DNA of 64,000 nucleotides from IMG/VR virus record IMGVR_UViG_3300045988_115788. One strand, written 5' to 3'. The position numbers were made by a program, and so were the translations under genes. The DNA is from a virus. The notes below the pieces were generated by a model. The model saw nothing but the letters and a program-made list of their open reading frames with translations, searched no databases and was not told the DNA's origin. Shown here one piece after another: positions 28,150 to 37,611 of the stretch (position 1 is its first letter; every line of letters begins with the position of its first letter).

Positions 28150-29205
28150 TTAAACATAGAAGCAGGGGGCCACCGCATTGCAATAACGCGAGAAGTAGCC
28201 GTCCGCCGAACCATCAGCGTACACATAGCAAAAGGTGTTGGAGTCGCCGAAACACGGACTTCTGTTCCACCACCATACAGCACTGTTAGTGTTATTATAT
28301 TTATACCTAACCTTACTATTTCCATTTTTATAATAATCATACTGCTTCTGCTTATTCTGCTCTGCTGAATTAGCGTAATCTCTAGTACCATGAACTTCAA
28401 ATTCCGCTTCTAAGCAGATAGTTTCAGTTGTTGCAGTTACGTTAGAAGAATTATTAGTACCGCCACCTGTATTATCGGTATATTTTGTAACAGTTTTCAA
28501 TACGTTCTGAAGGCCAGTAGGTAGAGCATTTTTAATTGCAGACATGATTGTAGAACGCATATAACAACCTTCCCAACCACCGCTATTTGTATTACTGTCC
28601 CCATAAGACATGGAGAAATAACCAGAAGAAGTCATGGGGTATCGGCGATATTGGGAATCAACCAATCCAACAGTTTCGTTATTTACTTTACCGATGCAGA
28701 AATGAATACGATTATTCCCTTCGATTTCTGCGTTGTGATTGATGCCTAAGATATAAGCATCAATCTTTACATTACTAAAAGTAGTATTGCCTACTGTGCC
28801 ATTCAATACAATACTTTTAGTATCGCCAACACTGAATAAATTAGCCGCATCACCACTTGCGCTAACAGCACTAATCTCGGCCCAAGAATAATCGTTCAAA
28901 GTACGAAAAACTTTGTATTGCTTAAATTCTCTTACTTCAATAGTTGCCGTATTACTTCCCGCCGTAACAGTCCAAGTACCATATCCTACGTTGCCAATAG
29001 TCGCAATACCATCTTTACTTGTTGCAGATAAGGTCTTACCGCCGCTAACAGCTTGTGCAACAGTTCCCGTAGTACAGTATACTATAAATTGCGCTCCACT
29101 TGGTTCATAATCAATAATATTATCTAAAAGAATTTCAGGATACAGAATATCATACTGATTCTGTTCATTTAGATTTCTCATCGTAAATTTATATTTTCCC
29201 ATCAT
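28150..29205 (-). CDS. receptor-binding/tail-fibre protein with C-terminal DGR variable region (remote target)
   Basis: Paralog of 37627-38724, sharing long identical stretches such as IDAYILGINHNAEIEGNNRIHFCIGKVNNETVGL. The C-terminus ..WWWNRSPCFGDSNTFCYVYADGSADGYFSRYCNAVAPCFYV aligns with the TR. Confidence 0.8.
   Translation of the reverse strand: MMGKYKFTMRNLNEQNQYDILYPEILLDNIIDYEPSGAQFIVYCTTGTVAQAVSGGKTLSATSKDGIATIGNVGYGTWTVTAGSNTATIEVREFKQYKVFRTLNDYSWAEISAVSASGDAANLFSVGDTKSIVLNGTVGNTTFSNVKIDAYILGINHNAEIEGNNRIHFCIGKVNNETVGLVDSQYRRYPMTSSGYFSMSYGDSNTNSGGWEGCYMRSTIMSAIKNALPTGLQNVLKTVTKYTDNTGGGTNNSSNVTATTETICLEAEFEVHGTRDYANSAEQNKQKQYDYYKNGNSKVRYKYNNTNSAVWWWNRSPCFGDSNTFCYVYADGSADGYFSRYCNAVAPCFYV
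28165..28258 (-). repeat. DGR variable repeat VR2
   Basis: Aligns with TR 36972-37065 (offset -8807). By hand count there are 14 mismatches at TR adenines (T on the + strand) and 3 at non-adenine positions. Confidence 0.75.
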
Positions 29206-29477
29206 TTTTCCCCTTCAAGATAAGCTTTGAATTTATCAATAATAGCCTTATCAACATATTGCTTATTAGTCAAATGATTACTGTCAGTAGGAGCGCCACC
29301 AGAAATATCGTCACAAGTAAGAGTGATAACAGGGTCAGGTTTACCATTAACTACGACAGGAACATCTACAACTCCTTCTACGGCATTTACAACGGGCCTA
29401 CCTAGCACATCCTTAGTTACATGGAATTGTTCTGCATTAAACAGATAACCGCCATCTGGAGCCTTAAATTCTGCCAT
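29202..29477 (-). CDS. small fibre-associated protein, paralog of 32428-32628
   Basis: MAEFKAPDGGYLFNAEQFHVTKDVLGRPVVNAV compares with MAEVKAPGGNFFLNSEQFYITKNRYGQPVLNSI. Confidence 0.5.
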   Translation of the reverse strand: MAEFKAPDGGYLFNAEQFHVTKDVLGRPVVNAVEGVVDVPVVVNGKPDPVITLTCDDISGGAPTDSNHLTNKQYVDKAIIDKFKAYLEGEK

Positions 29478-29490
29478 GTATCATCCCTCC

Positions 29491-29934
29491 TTAAACTGTG
29501 CCAGTGACTTGATACCAGAAGTCGCCAGCTTTTTGATTGGTGGGCTGAGTTTCAGAAACTTTGATATCAATAGAACTTAGAGCAACAGCAGTAGGAACGC
29601 CACTTTCATTAAATCCTACATATTGACCGCTGGTACCAGTTAGTGCGACAGCTTTACCGTTAGTATCACTAACAATCACACTATTTTTAGTAACAGTATT
29701 ACCTCCAGTAGTCTGCATATAATCAGCTTGAATATCTGCAATATCACTTGCTTGGGTATTAACTTCGTTAGTTAATGTAGTTAAATCGCTCTTGTTAGCA
29801 AGTTCAATTTCACCTTCGGTAATAGCTTTGTCGCCAACAAACACCTGCTTAGTGTCTTTGGCTAGGTACATCTGACCATCTTCAAGATTAGGCTTTTTCG
29901 CAAAAGTGCCTCGAAGTATTTGAATTTTTTTCAT
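29491..29934 (-). CDS. tail-fibre protein with Mtd_N-like N-terminus
   Basis: N-terminus MKKIQILRGTFAKKPNLEDGQMYLAKDTKQVFVGD resembles the major-tropism-determinant/hyaluronidase-type N-terminal fibre domain. C-terminus has GDFWYQV. Confidence 0.5.
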   Translation of the reverse strand: MKKIQILRGTFAKKPNLEDGQMYLAKDTKQVFVGDKAITEGEIELANKSDLTTLTNEVNTQASDIADIQADYMQTTGGNTVTKNSVIVSDTNGKAVALTGTSGQYVGFNESGVPTAVALSSIDIKVSETQPTNQKAGDFWYQVTGTV

Positions 29935-29949
29935 ATTTACACATCCTCC

Positions 29950-30627
29950 TTAAAGAAATAGTACATTAGTTGCAATAGTATCGTCTGACATATCTAAATC
30001 GCCGCCATCAATATCTCCAATGGTAAGCTGTTTATCTTTATCAAAGATAATACTTTTTTTATCTGTTTTTATAGATAATACATTGTTTGTAAAATCCAAT
30101 CCATCCCCTGTTGCAAGCGTAGTTTCACTTGAAACTGGTATATCGCTAATTTCATACTCTTTCTTTTTGCTATCCCATAGCTTCCAGTATCCTGAACTAT
30201 CTGGAATAGGTGGATGTTGATATAATTCATCCAAATTACTTTCAATTTGATAAAATTCAGAAGGGAGAGGCCCTTTCTCTTGATAAGCAGAACAATAACC
30301 TAATACAGGTTTTTTAATCCATGCTTCAAATTTATCGCTTAAAAAAACTTTATCATCATTGATTCGTCTTAGTTGAAACAAGCATTTGCCAACAGGGAGT
30401 TGACCGGCAGTGAATATATAATAATATTCGCCTAATTCATCATTGTAATTTAAACTTATAGTGTTATGATAAATACACCCGTCTTGCTTTGATTCAACGT
30501 CCAATTTATAGTTACCAGGAACATCAACAACGCAAGAAAAAGTATCTACCAAATTATCAGTCTCAAAACCAATTACTCTATCATTAAAAAGGTAAGTGAT
30601 TTTGCGACCTTTAAGCTCAACTCGCAT
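29950..30627 (-). CDS. tail-fibre-associated structural protein
   Basis: 225-aa ORF within the fibre cluster. Contains an IGDIDGGDLD motif near the C-terminus. Confidence 0.4.
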   Translation of the reverse strand: MRVELKGRKITYLFNDRVIGFETDNLVDTFSCVVDVPGNYKLDVESKQDGCIYHNTISLNYNDELGEYYYIFTAGQLPVGKCLFQLRRINDDKVFLSDKFEAWIKKPVLGYCSAYQEKGPLPSEFYQIESNLDELYQHPPIPDSSGYWKLWDSKKKEYEISDIPVSSETTLATGDGLDFTNNVLSIKTDKKSIIFDKDKQLTIGDIDGGDLDMSDDTIATNVLFL

Positions 30628-30654
30628 CTTCGTTCCGCCTCCTTTTATGAAGAA

Positions 30655-30690
30655 GTTAAAAAATAAGGGGAGAATGTTTATCCTCCCCTT
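30655..30690 (-). terminator. rho-independent terminator (- strand)
   Basis: Stem AAGGGGAG/CTCCCCTT with a 10-nt loop, followed on the - strand by ATTTTTT. Confidence 0.65.
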
Positions 30691-30728
30691 AAAGTTATTT
30701 TATATTAAATTGTATATTAAGTTTTCAA

Positions 30729-32348
30729 TTAAGCAATTTCACCAGCATCAATATCGCCAACAGAAATAACACCTGCGGCAACAGTGATAGAAGTACCATC
30801 GGGCTTAACAGCACCAGCAACAGCAGTAGAAGCAACATCCATAGTAATTCCGTTAGTAGAATTTAGACTTAGACCGTTGCCAGCAACAACCTTGGTAGAA
30901 ACAACACGCTCATCAGAAATAGCAATGCCGTCACCAGCAGTATAAGCCTTTTCGGTAGCAACGAATAGACCATCAGTACCTAGAGATAGAGCATTACCAG
31001 AAGCGGCAGAGATAGCAACCTTTACGGTAGGAGCAGTAGCTTCACCGGCGACAGTAATAGACTTATCTGCGGCAGTTACGGAAGCAACCTTACCATCTGC
31101 GGCAGTCTGAACCTTTGCAATTTCTTCCTGGGCATACTTCTTAACACCGTAAACAGTAGCCTTATCGGCAGCATCAGCGGTAGTACCTAGAACAGCGGCA
31201 GCGGCACCAGCTTCATCAAAAGCGCTCTTGGGCTGATAAGCGGCAGTGTCTAGGCCCTTAACAGCAACGTCAGTACCTTCAACAGCGATAGTGCCATTAG
31301 TAGCACCAGTTGCAATGTCGCTATTCTGTAGGGCAGAATCAGCTAGACCTAGAGAAGCCTTAACACCAGCGGCAAGCTTTTCTAGGGTGATAGAACCATC
31401 GGTAATAGTGGCAGTAACCTTGTGGTCTTCAGAAACAGCAATAACGACCATATCATCTGCCTGAGAGCCAGAAGTAACATACTCAATTAGGTCAGCAACA
31501 TTGATATAAATCTTATCAGAAGTCTTGTTAGCAATGGTTAGCTCAATGTAAGTACCAGGGGTCTGACCTTCAGGATTGACAACAACCTTACCAGACTCAA
31601 CAACCATGTCTTTAGGAATGTTGATGGAGGCGCCAACATTAGCGCCATCCTTCTGTAGGTTATAGACTGCGGCAAAATCACCAGAATCTTCAGCCTTAAC
31701 AATGGTATAAGTAGAGGCGGCAGGAATGGTTACGGATAGACCGGCGGCACCAAGAGTTAGAGCATTGCCTACGGCAGGGTCTACCTTAACAGCAACAGTA
31801 GGTTCAGTGACAGAGCCACCAACAGTTACAGAAGTGTCGCCAGCCTTAACAGCATTTACAACTTCCTTCTTTAGATTTGCGGCGGCTTCAGTGGCGGCAC
31901 CAGCAACATCAAAGTATTCAACATCCTTTGCGGAAGCAGTGCCAAGGCCAGTAATCTTGGAAGCAGGAATGTCGAACTTTAGGTCTTCTAGGGCTAGGTC
32001 AGCACCTTCAGTGACGCGGCCCTTTGCATCAACAGTAACCTTACCATAAGTACCAGCAGTAACGCCAGAAGCGGCTAGTTCTAGTACAAGATTAACTGCG
32101 GCAGTGCCATCAAAATCTACGGCAGGAGCAGTAGCATCGCCAGAAATGGAGAAAGCACGAGCAACAGCTAGCTTTGCGGCTTGGTCAGCAGTGCCACCAT
32201 CGGGGTTAATGATTACATTACCAGCAGTAGTACCATTAGTACCAATGTATAGCTTGCCAGTGTCACGGGCAAAAGCAAATTCACCAGCCTTTAGAGCGGT
32301 TGCGAGTACAGCGGCGGATAGACCTCTTTTAATTTGAATAGTCTGCAT
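30729..32348 (-). CDS. Ala/Gly/Thr/Val-rich tail fibre protein
   Basis: ATG 32348 gives MQTIQIKRGLSAAV..GEFAFARDTGKLYIGTNG (Mtd_N-like). Contains AGTYGKVTVDAKGRVTEG, a phage tail-fibre repeat-like motif. The gene is markedly GC-richer than its flanks. Confidence 0.7.
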   Translation of the reverse strand: MQTIQIKRGLSAAVLATALKAGEFAFARDTGKLYIGTNGTTAGNVIINPDGGTADQAAKLAVARAFSISGDATAPAVDFDGTAAVNLVLELAASGVTAGTYGKVTVDAKGRVTEGADLALEDLKFDIPASKITGLGTASAKDVEYFDVAGAATEAAANLKKEVVNAVKAGDTSVTVGGSVTEPTVAVKVDPAVGNALTLGAAGLSVTIPAASTYTIVKAEDSGDFAAVYNLQKDGANVGASINIPKDMVVESGKVVVNPEGQTPGTYIELTIANKTSDKIYINVADLIEYVTSGSQADDMVVIAVSEDHKVTATITDGSITLEKLAAGVKASLGLADSALQNSDIATGATNGTIAVEGTDVAVKGLDTAAYQPKSAFDEAGAAAAVLGTTADAADKATVYGVKKYAQEEIAKVQTAADGKVASVTAADKSITVAGEATAPTVKVAISAASGNALSLGTDGLFVATEKAYTAGDGIAISDERVVSTKVVAGNGLSLNSTNGITMDVASTAVAGAVKPDGTSITVAAGVISVGDIDAGEIA

Positions 32349-32427
32349 AATATCAAACTCTTTTATAAAAATATTTTTATAATTAGCTTTAAGTGAAATC
32401 TTAATCACAAAAAGCTATTTTTTAATT

Positions 32428-32628
32428 TTAAACAATCTCACCAGCATCTAGTTCAATGTTTTGGTGAGCTTTTTTATCATCATTGTGTTTATTTATAGCC
32501 ACGACAATACTGCCGCCACCACCAGAATCAATAGAATTTAATACTGGTTGACCATATCTGTTTTTAGTAATATAAAATTGCTCACTGTTCAAGAAAAAGT
32601 TACCGCCAGGAGCTTTTACTTCGGCCAT
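32428..32628 (-). CDS. small fibre-associated protein, paralog of 29202-29477
   Basis: ATG 32628 follows AAAGGTGG. Ends in ELDAGEIV. Confidence 0.5.
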   Translation of the reverse strand: MAEVKAPGGNFFLNSEQFYITKNRYGQPVLNSIDSGGGGSIVVAINKHNDDKKAHQNIELDAGEIV

Positions 32629-32718
32629 TAAAACGACCACCTTTCTTAACTCTGTACAAAGTTTTTATAGATTCTATATAAACTTAGCAAGCGGTACCTC
32701 TCGCCAAGATAATTTTCT

Positions 32719-33030
32719 TTATTCTTCTGGCGCATTTACTTTTTTAGACATAGAGCATAGGTCATCAATTAGTTTAGACACTGCCTCCATGTCAATATCA
32801 TAATTAACTTCATTAGCAGAAGCCTTAATCATAGCAAGAACATACTGTTTCTTTTCTGCACCAGATTCGTATTGCTTTTCGGCCTCTTCCATGTATTTCA
32901 TCACAAGATTCAGCACAATAGACCAATTCTTTTCTTTTACTGCTTTCTGAATATATCTTACAAGAGCAATAATAAGAGGAATAGTCGTTGCAATGCCGCT
33001 AAGAATAGAAATTACAATGTTAATATCCAT
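32719..33030 (-). CDS. holin-like membrane protein
   Basis: N-terminal TM segment (INIVISILSGIATTIPLIIALV) and a charged C-terminus. Lies adjacent to the amidase. Confidence 0.45.
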   Translation of the reverse strand: MDINIVISILSGIATTIPLIIALVRYIQKAVKEKNWSIVLNLVMKYMEEAEKQYESGAEKKQYVLAMIKASANEVNYDIDMEAVSKLIDDLCSMSKKVNAPEE

Positions 33031-33044
33031 ATATATTACCTCTT

Positions 33045-33374
33045 TTAAATAGTAGGTTCATTATAATCATTTATTTTAAACTCATTTGCTTTAGCTAAAG
33101 CATAAGAAATGCCATCGCCGTCTGCGCTTGTATTTTCATCTCTGTTTTTATCTACAATACGACTTAAAACAATACTACAAGCAGTTCCAATAGGTGTAAA
33201 TACAATAGTCCAACAATAAAGGCTACCCGTATAATCCATACCAATACACTTAATAGCTAAATAAAAGCCGCCAGCTAAACCAAATGCTAAAAATAAAAGA
33301 ATATAAACAGCTAGTCGATTTGTAAACCCTAACCGCTTAAAATGATTTCTTATTCTATGTTTTCTTTTAGCCAA
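33045..33374 (-). CDS. holin-like membrane protein (2 TM)
   Basis: Two hydrophobic segments. Lies immediately downstream of the amidase. Confidence 0.5.
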   Translation of the reverse strand: MAKRKHRIRNHFKRLGFTNRLAVYILLFLAFGLAGGFYLAIKCIGMDYTGSLYCWTIVFTPIGTACSIVLSRIVDKNRDENTSADGDGISYALAKANEFKINDYNEPTI

Positions 33375-33375
33375 C

Positions 33376-34170
33376 TTAAATCAGCCCTTTTCTCCCCATA
33401 ACCGCAATAAATTCATCACGCTTTAAGAATCCTTCAGGCGCTTCACCATTAACTAGCTTCTGTTGAGTTGCTTTATTCCAATGCCCTTCTTGCTTAGACC
33501 AATCAGGTTCAGGCTTAGAAGCAACGTATTGAGAAGCCTTTTGTAACAGTGTATATGCCTGTTCAGGAGTCATTTCTTTAATGAAAGTATTTATATCCAT
33601 GTCTTCTTCAACCTCCTCTACGGGCTTTGTAGTGGCCTGTAAACGCTTATTTACTTCTGCCGCAATCTCACCATATTTACTGAACAAATAATTACCAGGA
33701 CAAGACTTGTCTGGCCTAGTGTATCTATGTGGCACCATATTGCATGCCGCCCAATTACCTGTAAAAGCTGGACAATATTGCTTTCCTTCTTTCCAAATAA
33801 GCTTCTTGATGCCATTACGTTTACAAATATCCACACATAAATTGATTAGAGCAACGTATGCTTTTTTAGTACATTCATAAGGTTCTTTATAACTTTGAAT
33901 ACTAGATACTTCAATAGTAACTACTTCATGGTCTACTTTATGGCTTGTACACCAAGCACGATTTTCTTCAAGAACATATTGACCAATTCTACCATCTGGC
34001 CCAATACCATAATGAGAAGAAGCTTTTCTTTGTTGAAAAACTTGTCCACAACCTTCAACAGAACCAGGCCCCGCCATAGTATGAATACTGATGCCCTTAA
34101 TCCGGCCTTGTCTAGGCTTTGTACAATGAGGTGATAGTTTAGTATAATTTACTAATTTACTTTGAGACAT
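33376..34170 (-). CDS. N-acetylmuramoyl-L-alanine amidase (endolysin, Amidase_2/PGRP type)
   Basis: GISIHTMAG...SSHYGIGPDGRIGQYVLEENRAWC...VVTIEVS motif pattern. ATG 34170 preferred (MSQSKLVNY). Confidence 0.7.
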   Translation of the reverse strand: MSQSKLVNYTKLSPHCTKPRQGRIKGISIHTMAGPGSVEGCGQVFQQRKASSHYGIGPDGRIGQYVLEENRAWCTSHKVDHEVVTIEVSSIQSYKEPYECTKKAYVALINLCVDICKRNGIKKLIWKEGKQYCPAFTGNWAACNMVPHRYTRPDKSCPGNYLFSKYGEIAAEVNKRLQATTKPVEEVEEDMDINTFIKEMTPEQAYTLLQKASQYVASKPEPDWSKQEGHWNKATQQKLVNGEAPEGFLKRDEFIAVMGRKGLI

Positions 34171-34840
34171 TAAAAGCACCATCCAACTTATTAACAATAT
34201 TATTCATTTGTTCTTGTGCGGCAGTAAGCATCTCATTCATTTTAGCCTTAAAAGTATCATTTAGTTCTTCGCCATATTGTACACCATACACCTTATTAGG
34301 TTCAGTATAAGTTTTCATTTGAGCTTTTAACATGTTGAAATAAGTGGTATGATAAGTAACGTGTGTCTTATAAGCCATATATAGTTCAGTAATAGATTTT
34401 GCATCCATTACAGCACATTCTTCACCATCTGCATGATAAGGGAAAGAATTTGCACCAAGAACAATGGAATTAAACATAGAATCAATATTAGTTTGGTCGG
34501 CGGCAGTTAGAGAATAATGCTTGCCATTATAATCAATACCATCAATAATAGTTTTATTGCAAATGGCAGAAAGTTCAACACATTTCTTATCCATTGCTTC
34601 ACCCAAATAGTCAAATTTAGGCAGTTGTTTAAGAGTTTCTTCATCTACTTCTCGAATTTCTACACTTTCAGGACAGCCAATTCCGTTAGTACCTAAAATA
34701 TTATAAGCAACAGACATAAACGCAACGCCCTTTGGATTGCTGGATTTATCTTGCCCATAACATCCATTGTCTTGTAGCTTAATATAATTTAGTTCATCAG
34801 TAGTACCTATTACCAAATTATTTCGGATAATTGCATACAT
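34157..34840 (-). CDS. DUF4376-like fibre partner protein (possible fibre chaperone), paralog of 38743-39363 and 41585-42181
   Basis: Shared block ...GKHYSLTAADQTNIDSMFNSIVLGANSFPYHADGEECAVMDAKSI..Y..THVTYHTTYFN. Confidence 0.55.
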   Translation of the reverse strand: MYAIIRNNLVIGTTDELNYIKLQDNGCYGQDKSSNPKGVAFMSVAYNILGTNGIGCPESVEIREVDEETLKQLPKFDYLGEAMDKKCVELSAICNKTIIDGIDYNGKHYSLTAADQTNIDSMFNSIVLGANSFPYHADGEECAVMDAKSITELYMAYKTHVTYHTTYFNMLKAQMKTYTEPNKVYGVQYGEELNDTFKAKMNEMLTAAQEQMNNIVNKLDGAFNVSK

Positions 34841-34862
34841 TAAATAAACCAGTCCTTTCCGA

Positions 34863-35300
34863 TTAAATTTTTTGACAAATTGTCAAAATACGTTCTAGTT
34901 CTTCGATAGGTGCTTCATAAAAATCTTTACTCCACACCCAAAAGTCACTATGTTCTGCGCGGCGATATTTAGTTAAAGATTCATCTTCCCATAGTAAATT
35001 CCAACGCTCTTGATGCTTCTTTTGATTAAAGGCCCTGTCTTTGTTAAGACGTTTTAGAATCTTGTCAATTAGTTCGCCACGAAGAAGTCCTTTGTTGTCG
35101 TTATTGATTGCAAAATAATCATAAGCATTTTGAGATGTATTGTAACATAGCGGCCCATTTTCGTTTGAAATAAGACCATTAGTTTCTGTACAAAGCGTTG
35201 CATAAGGCAGATTAACCATGCCTTGAAGTGCTTTTTGATTAAATCTCTTTTTTACAATATAATTATTTTTCATTTTATTCCTTTCTAATTTGCGGCTCAT
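34863..35300 (-). CDS. hypothetical protein immediately downstream of the DGR RT
   Basis: 145-aa ORF overlapping the RT stop by 26 nt (alternative ATG at 35273). No recognisable motif. Confidence 0.45.
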   Translation of the reverse strand: MSRKLERNKMKNNYIVKKRFNQKALQGMVNLPYATLCTETNGLISNENGPLCYNTSQNAYDYFAINNDNKGLLRGELIDKILKRLNKDRAFNQKKHQERWNLLWEDESLTKYRRAEHSDFWVWSKDFYEAPIEELERILTICQKI

Positions 35301-36681
35301 TTAAAATATCGTGTATTTTATCAAAGATGTCCATAGGCTTAGATTTCATTTTAGCAAGATAATCTTTTCGTTCGCAAAGAGGTATGAATCCATTATACAT
35401 CATCGACTCAATTTTCTTTGATTGAAGGTCAAGAAAAATCTTTAATTGTTTTTTAGAACAATAATAGACCCAACCACAATAATCATTCCAAACATATTTG
35501 ATATAACATTTAAAAGGTTTATTTTGTTGACTCAAATATTGAATGAAAGTAGATACAAACTTTTTATCCATATTATATATGGTTCGATAGCAACCAAAAT
35601 GTTTTGCATAGCCTCTCCAACATTGGTATGTTACACAAATATCATCTATTGACATTTTTCCCTCGTCAGCCCATTTCTTGAAAATTTTTAATTTTCTTCT
35701 AATTCTTTTAAGACTATCTTTATTCAATTTTGTTACGATTTTTCCACTATCTGTCAAAGTAAATCTAATTTTCAAAAAAGTAAAACTATGGTGCTTAAAA
35801 GGAGTTATGCGATTTTTCTTTTCGTTTATTTTTATGCCAACAGAATTGGCTAATATTTCAACAAAATTTTTTATCTCTTTTAGTTCTTCAAAAGAATTGC
35901 TGATTACATAACCATCATCCATATATCTGCCATAACCTTTTATGCGAAAAACATCTTTAATGTAATGGTCTATAAGATTAGCATAATCTAAAGCAATATT
36001 TTGTGATATTGGACTGCCTAATCCAACTCCAAATGGCCCCTTAGAATCATGTAAAGTAAGAAATTCATCAATAAATTTATCTCCAAGAACAATCAACTGT
36101 CTATCTTTTATATATTTTCTTAATTCCATTTTTGCACCTTCATGCGGAATTGAAGCAAAATATTTAGAAAAATCATATTGATAAATGCCTCCTTTATAAC
36201 CATACTTTCTATAATGATGCCGCAGTTGCTTTTTTAGCATCTGTATGGCAAAGTGGATACCTTTATTTTTCAACGAAGCTGAATTAGTTGAAACAAAACT
36301 TTTAGAATAAGCTTCTGTCATTATTTCGTTGCAAAAACACTTTTGAACCGCTCTATCTTCAATATTCAAAGCATGTATGTCTCTTATTTTTCCATGCTCA
36401 TTTGTTTTAAAGAAGCAAAAGCCATGAAATTTATAGGCATTAGCATCCATCTTTTTCTTTAATTCAAAAGACCTTATTAACAATTCATTTTCAAAATTTT
36501 GTACTGAAGTTTTCCATCTAACTCCTTTACAACATTCTTTTGATGCTCTATATAAATTTTCAAAAGAATAAACTTCATCATAACTTTTATTTACTATATT
36601 TCTTTTCTTTAAATCTCTTTTTGCTTTACGCCTTAAATATCTTTTCTCATGGCGCTCTTTACTTGTCAGAATTTTCACCAC
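35275..36681 (-). CDS. DGR reverse transcriptase
   Basis: 468 aa. RT motifs YQYDFSKYFASIPH (A), GVGLGSPISQNIA (the [I/L]GxxxSQ hallmark of DGR RTs) and GRYMDDGYVIS (YxDD). Lies adjacent to the TR and avd. Confidence 0.9.
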   Translation of the reverse strand: MVKILTSKERHEKRYLRRKAKRDLKKRNIVNKSYDEVYSFENLYRASKECCKGVRWKTSVQNFENELLIRSFELKKKMDANAYKFHGFCFFKTNEHGKIRDIHALNIEDRAVQKCFCNEIMTEAYSKSFVSTNSASLKNKGIHFAIQMLKKQLRHHYRKYGYKGGIYQYDFSKYFASIPHEGAKMELRKYIKDRQLIVLGDKFIDEFLTLHDSKGPFGVGLGSPISQNIALDYANLIDHYIKDVFRIKGYGRYMDDGYVISNSFEELKEIKNFVEILANSVGIKINEKKNRITPFKHHSFTFLKIRFTLTDSGKIVTKLNKDSLKRIRRKLKIFKKWADEGKMSIDDICVTYQCWRGYAKHFGCYRTIYNMDKKFVSTFIQYLSQQNKPFKCYIKYVWNDYCGWVYYCSKKQLKIFLDLQSKKIESMMYNGFIPLCERKDYLAKMKSKPMDIFDKIHDILNEPQIRKE

Positions 36682-36971
36682 TTTTTATTTTAATTTTTTC
36701 GTATAATTTTTAGTTTTGTTAAAAACTAAGATAATTTGCTAATTACATAACTGGTACCTATGAAATTTGTCTAAAATTATCAAACAACAAACCATGCAAG
36801 AAGCGTCCAGGACACAGTATCGAAAAAATAATTTAGGATGCCAAAGCAGAGCCAAGGATATTTCCCCCTTCTATGAAAAGATTATTTTCACCTAGCAAAA
36901 ACTAGGTTACTTCTCAATCCCAGTAGCCATCTATAACCAAAAAATGGCGGCTACTATTGGCATAGAATCAG

Positions 36972-37065
36972 GGGGGCCACCGCATTGCAATTCCGCGAGT
37001 TGTTGTTGTTCGCCGAACCATCAGTGTTCACATTGCAGAAGTTGTTGGAGTTGTCGGAATACGGA
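36972..37065 (-). repeat. DGR template repeat (TR)
   Basis: About 94 nt between avd and the RT. The - strand sense is AAC-rich (..AACAACAACAAC..). By hand count it has 26 adenines. It aligns with VR1 and VR2. Confidence 0.85.
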
Positions 37066-37092
37066 AACGGGAAATACCCTATTTTTTATTTA

Positions 37093-37551
37093 TTATTCTT
37101 TTAATTCATTTTGATACTTTTTATATCTTTTCTTTGTGTCTTGTATTACACCCGAAATCAATTTCCTTTCGGTTGTTATTAAATCTACCCAATCTTGAAA
37201 AATATTATTTGCCTGCTCTTTCGTCCCAAGAAAATTATTTCCTTCTCTTATATATTCATATACGGTTGAAACCATAAAAGTTAAAGCATAAATTTTAGAC
37301 CTTGCAATATATAAATGAGATAATCTTTTTTCATACTCTTCTTGAGACATGGTTTTACTTATATAATAAGAATTTGCTTGAAAAACACTAAGACTAATAT
37401 CTCGTGTCAAATTATATAAATCTTGATACATATTAAATTTATAAGATTTTGGAAACTTTTTAGATAATTTTATAGTAAAAATAAAAAGTTTCTTTGCTGT
37501 AGTTAAAAACTCCGCTTTAGAAGGATTTCTTTGTGCTTTATATACAGACAT
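37093..37551 (-). CDS. avd: DGR accessory variability determinant (Avd-like four-helix-bundle protein)
   Basis: 152-aa basic helical protein located between the target gene and the TR, which is the canonical avd position. Confidence 0.7.
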   Translation of the reverse strand: MSVYKAQRNPSKAEFLTTAKKLFIFTIKLSKKFPKSYKFNMYQDLYNLTRDISLSVFQANSYYISKTMSQEEYEKRLSHLYIARSKIYALTFMVSTVYEYIREGNNFLGTKEQANNIFQDWVDLITTERKLISGVIQDTKKRYKKYQNELKE

Positions 37552-37583
37552 ATTTTATTAAATTCCTTTTCTTCTTGATGTAT

Positions 37584-37611
37584 GCCCTGCCACGCTTGCG
37601 CGAAGCAGGGC
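37584..37611 (-). promoter_or_regulatory. GC-rich hairpin 15 nt downstream of the VR1 gene stop (candidate DGR retrohoming hairpin)
   Basis: GCCCTGC (37584-37590) pairs with GCAGGGC (37605-37611). No U-tract follows on the - strand. Confidence 0.4.

Noticed and set aside
28140-28400. ORF 28140-28400 (-) overlapping VR2 in another frame
   Set aside because: Same reasoning as for VR1. The real frame is 28150-29205.
30691-30728. TTGAAA-N17-ATATAA promoter-like sequence on the - strand after the fibre gene stop
   Set aside because: It lies upstream of the terminator at 30655-30690 in the direction of transcription, so a promoter here would fire straight into a terminator. It is probably chance in AT-rich DNA.
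31246-32337. Three + strand ORFs (31246-31464, 31726-32049, 32104-32337) antisense to the Ala/Gly-rich fibre gene
   Set aside because: They lie entirely within a GC-rich, compositionally biased - strand gene. Their products are Pro/Ala/Ser/Thr low-complexity, and they have no RBS. They are typical antisense artefacts.
35275-36681. The RT as a retron or group II intron reverse transcriptase
   Set aside because: An adjacent TR with adenine-specific mismatches to two VRs, an avd-like gene and the LGxxxSQ motif all point to a DGR. I could find no msr/msd-like inverted repeats and no group II domain V/maturase features.
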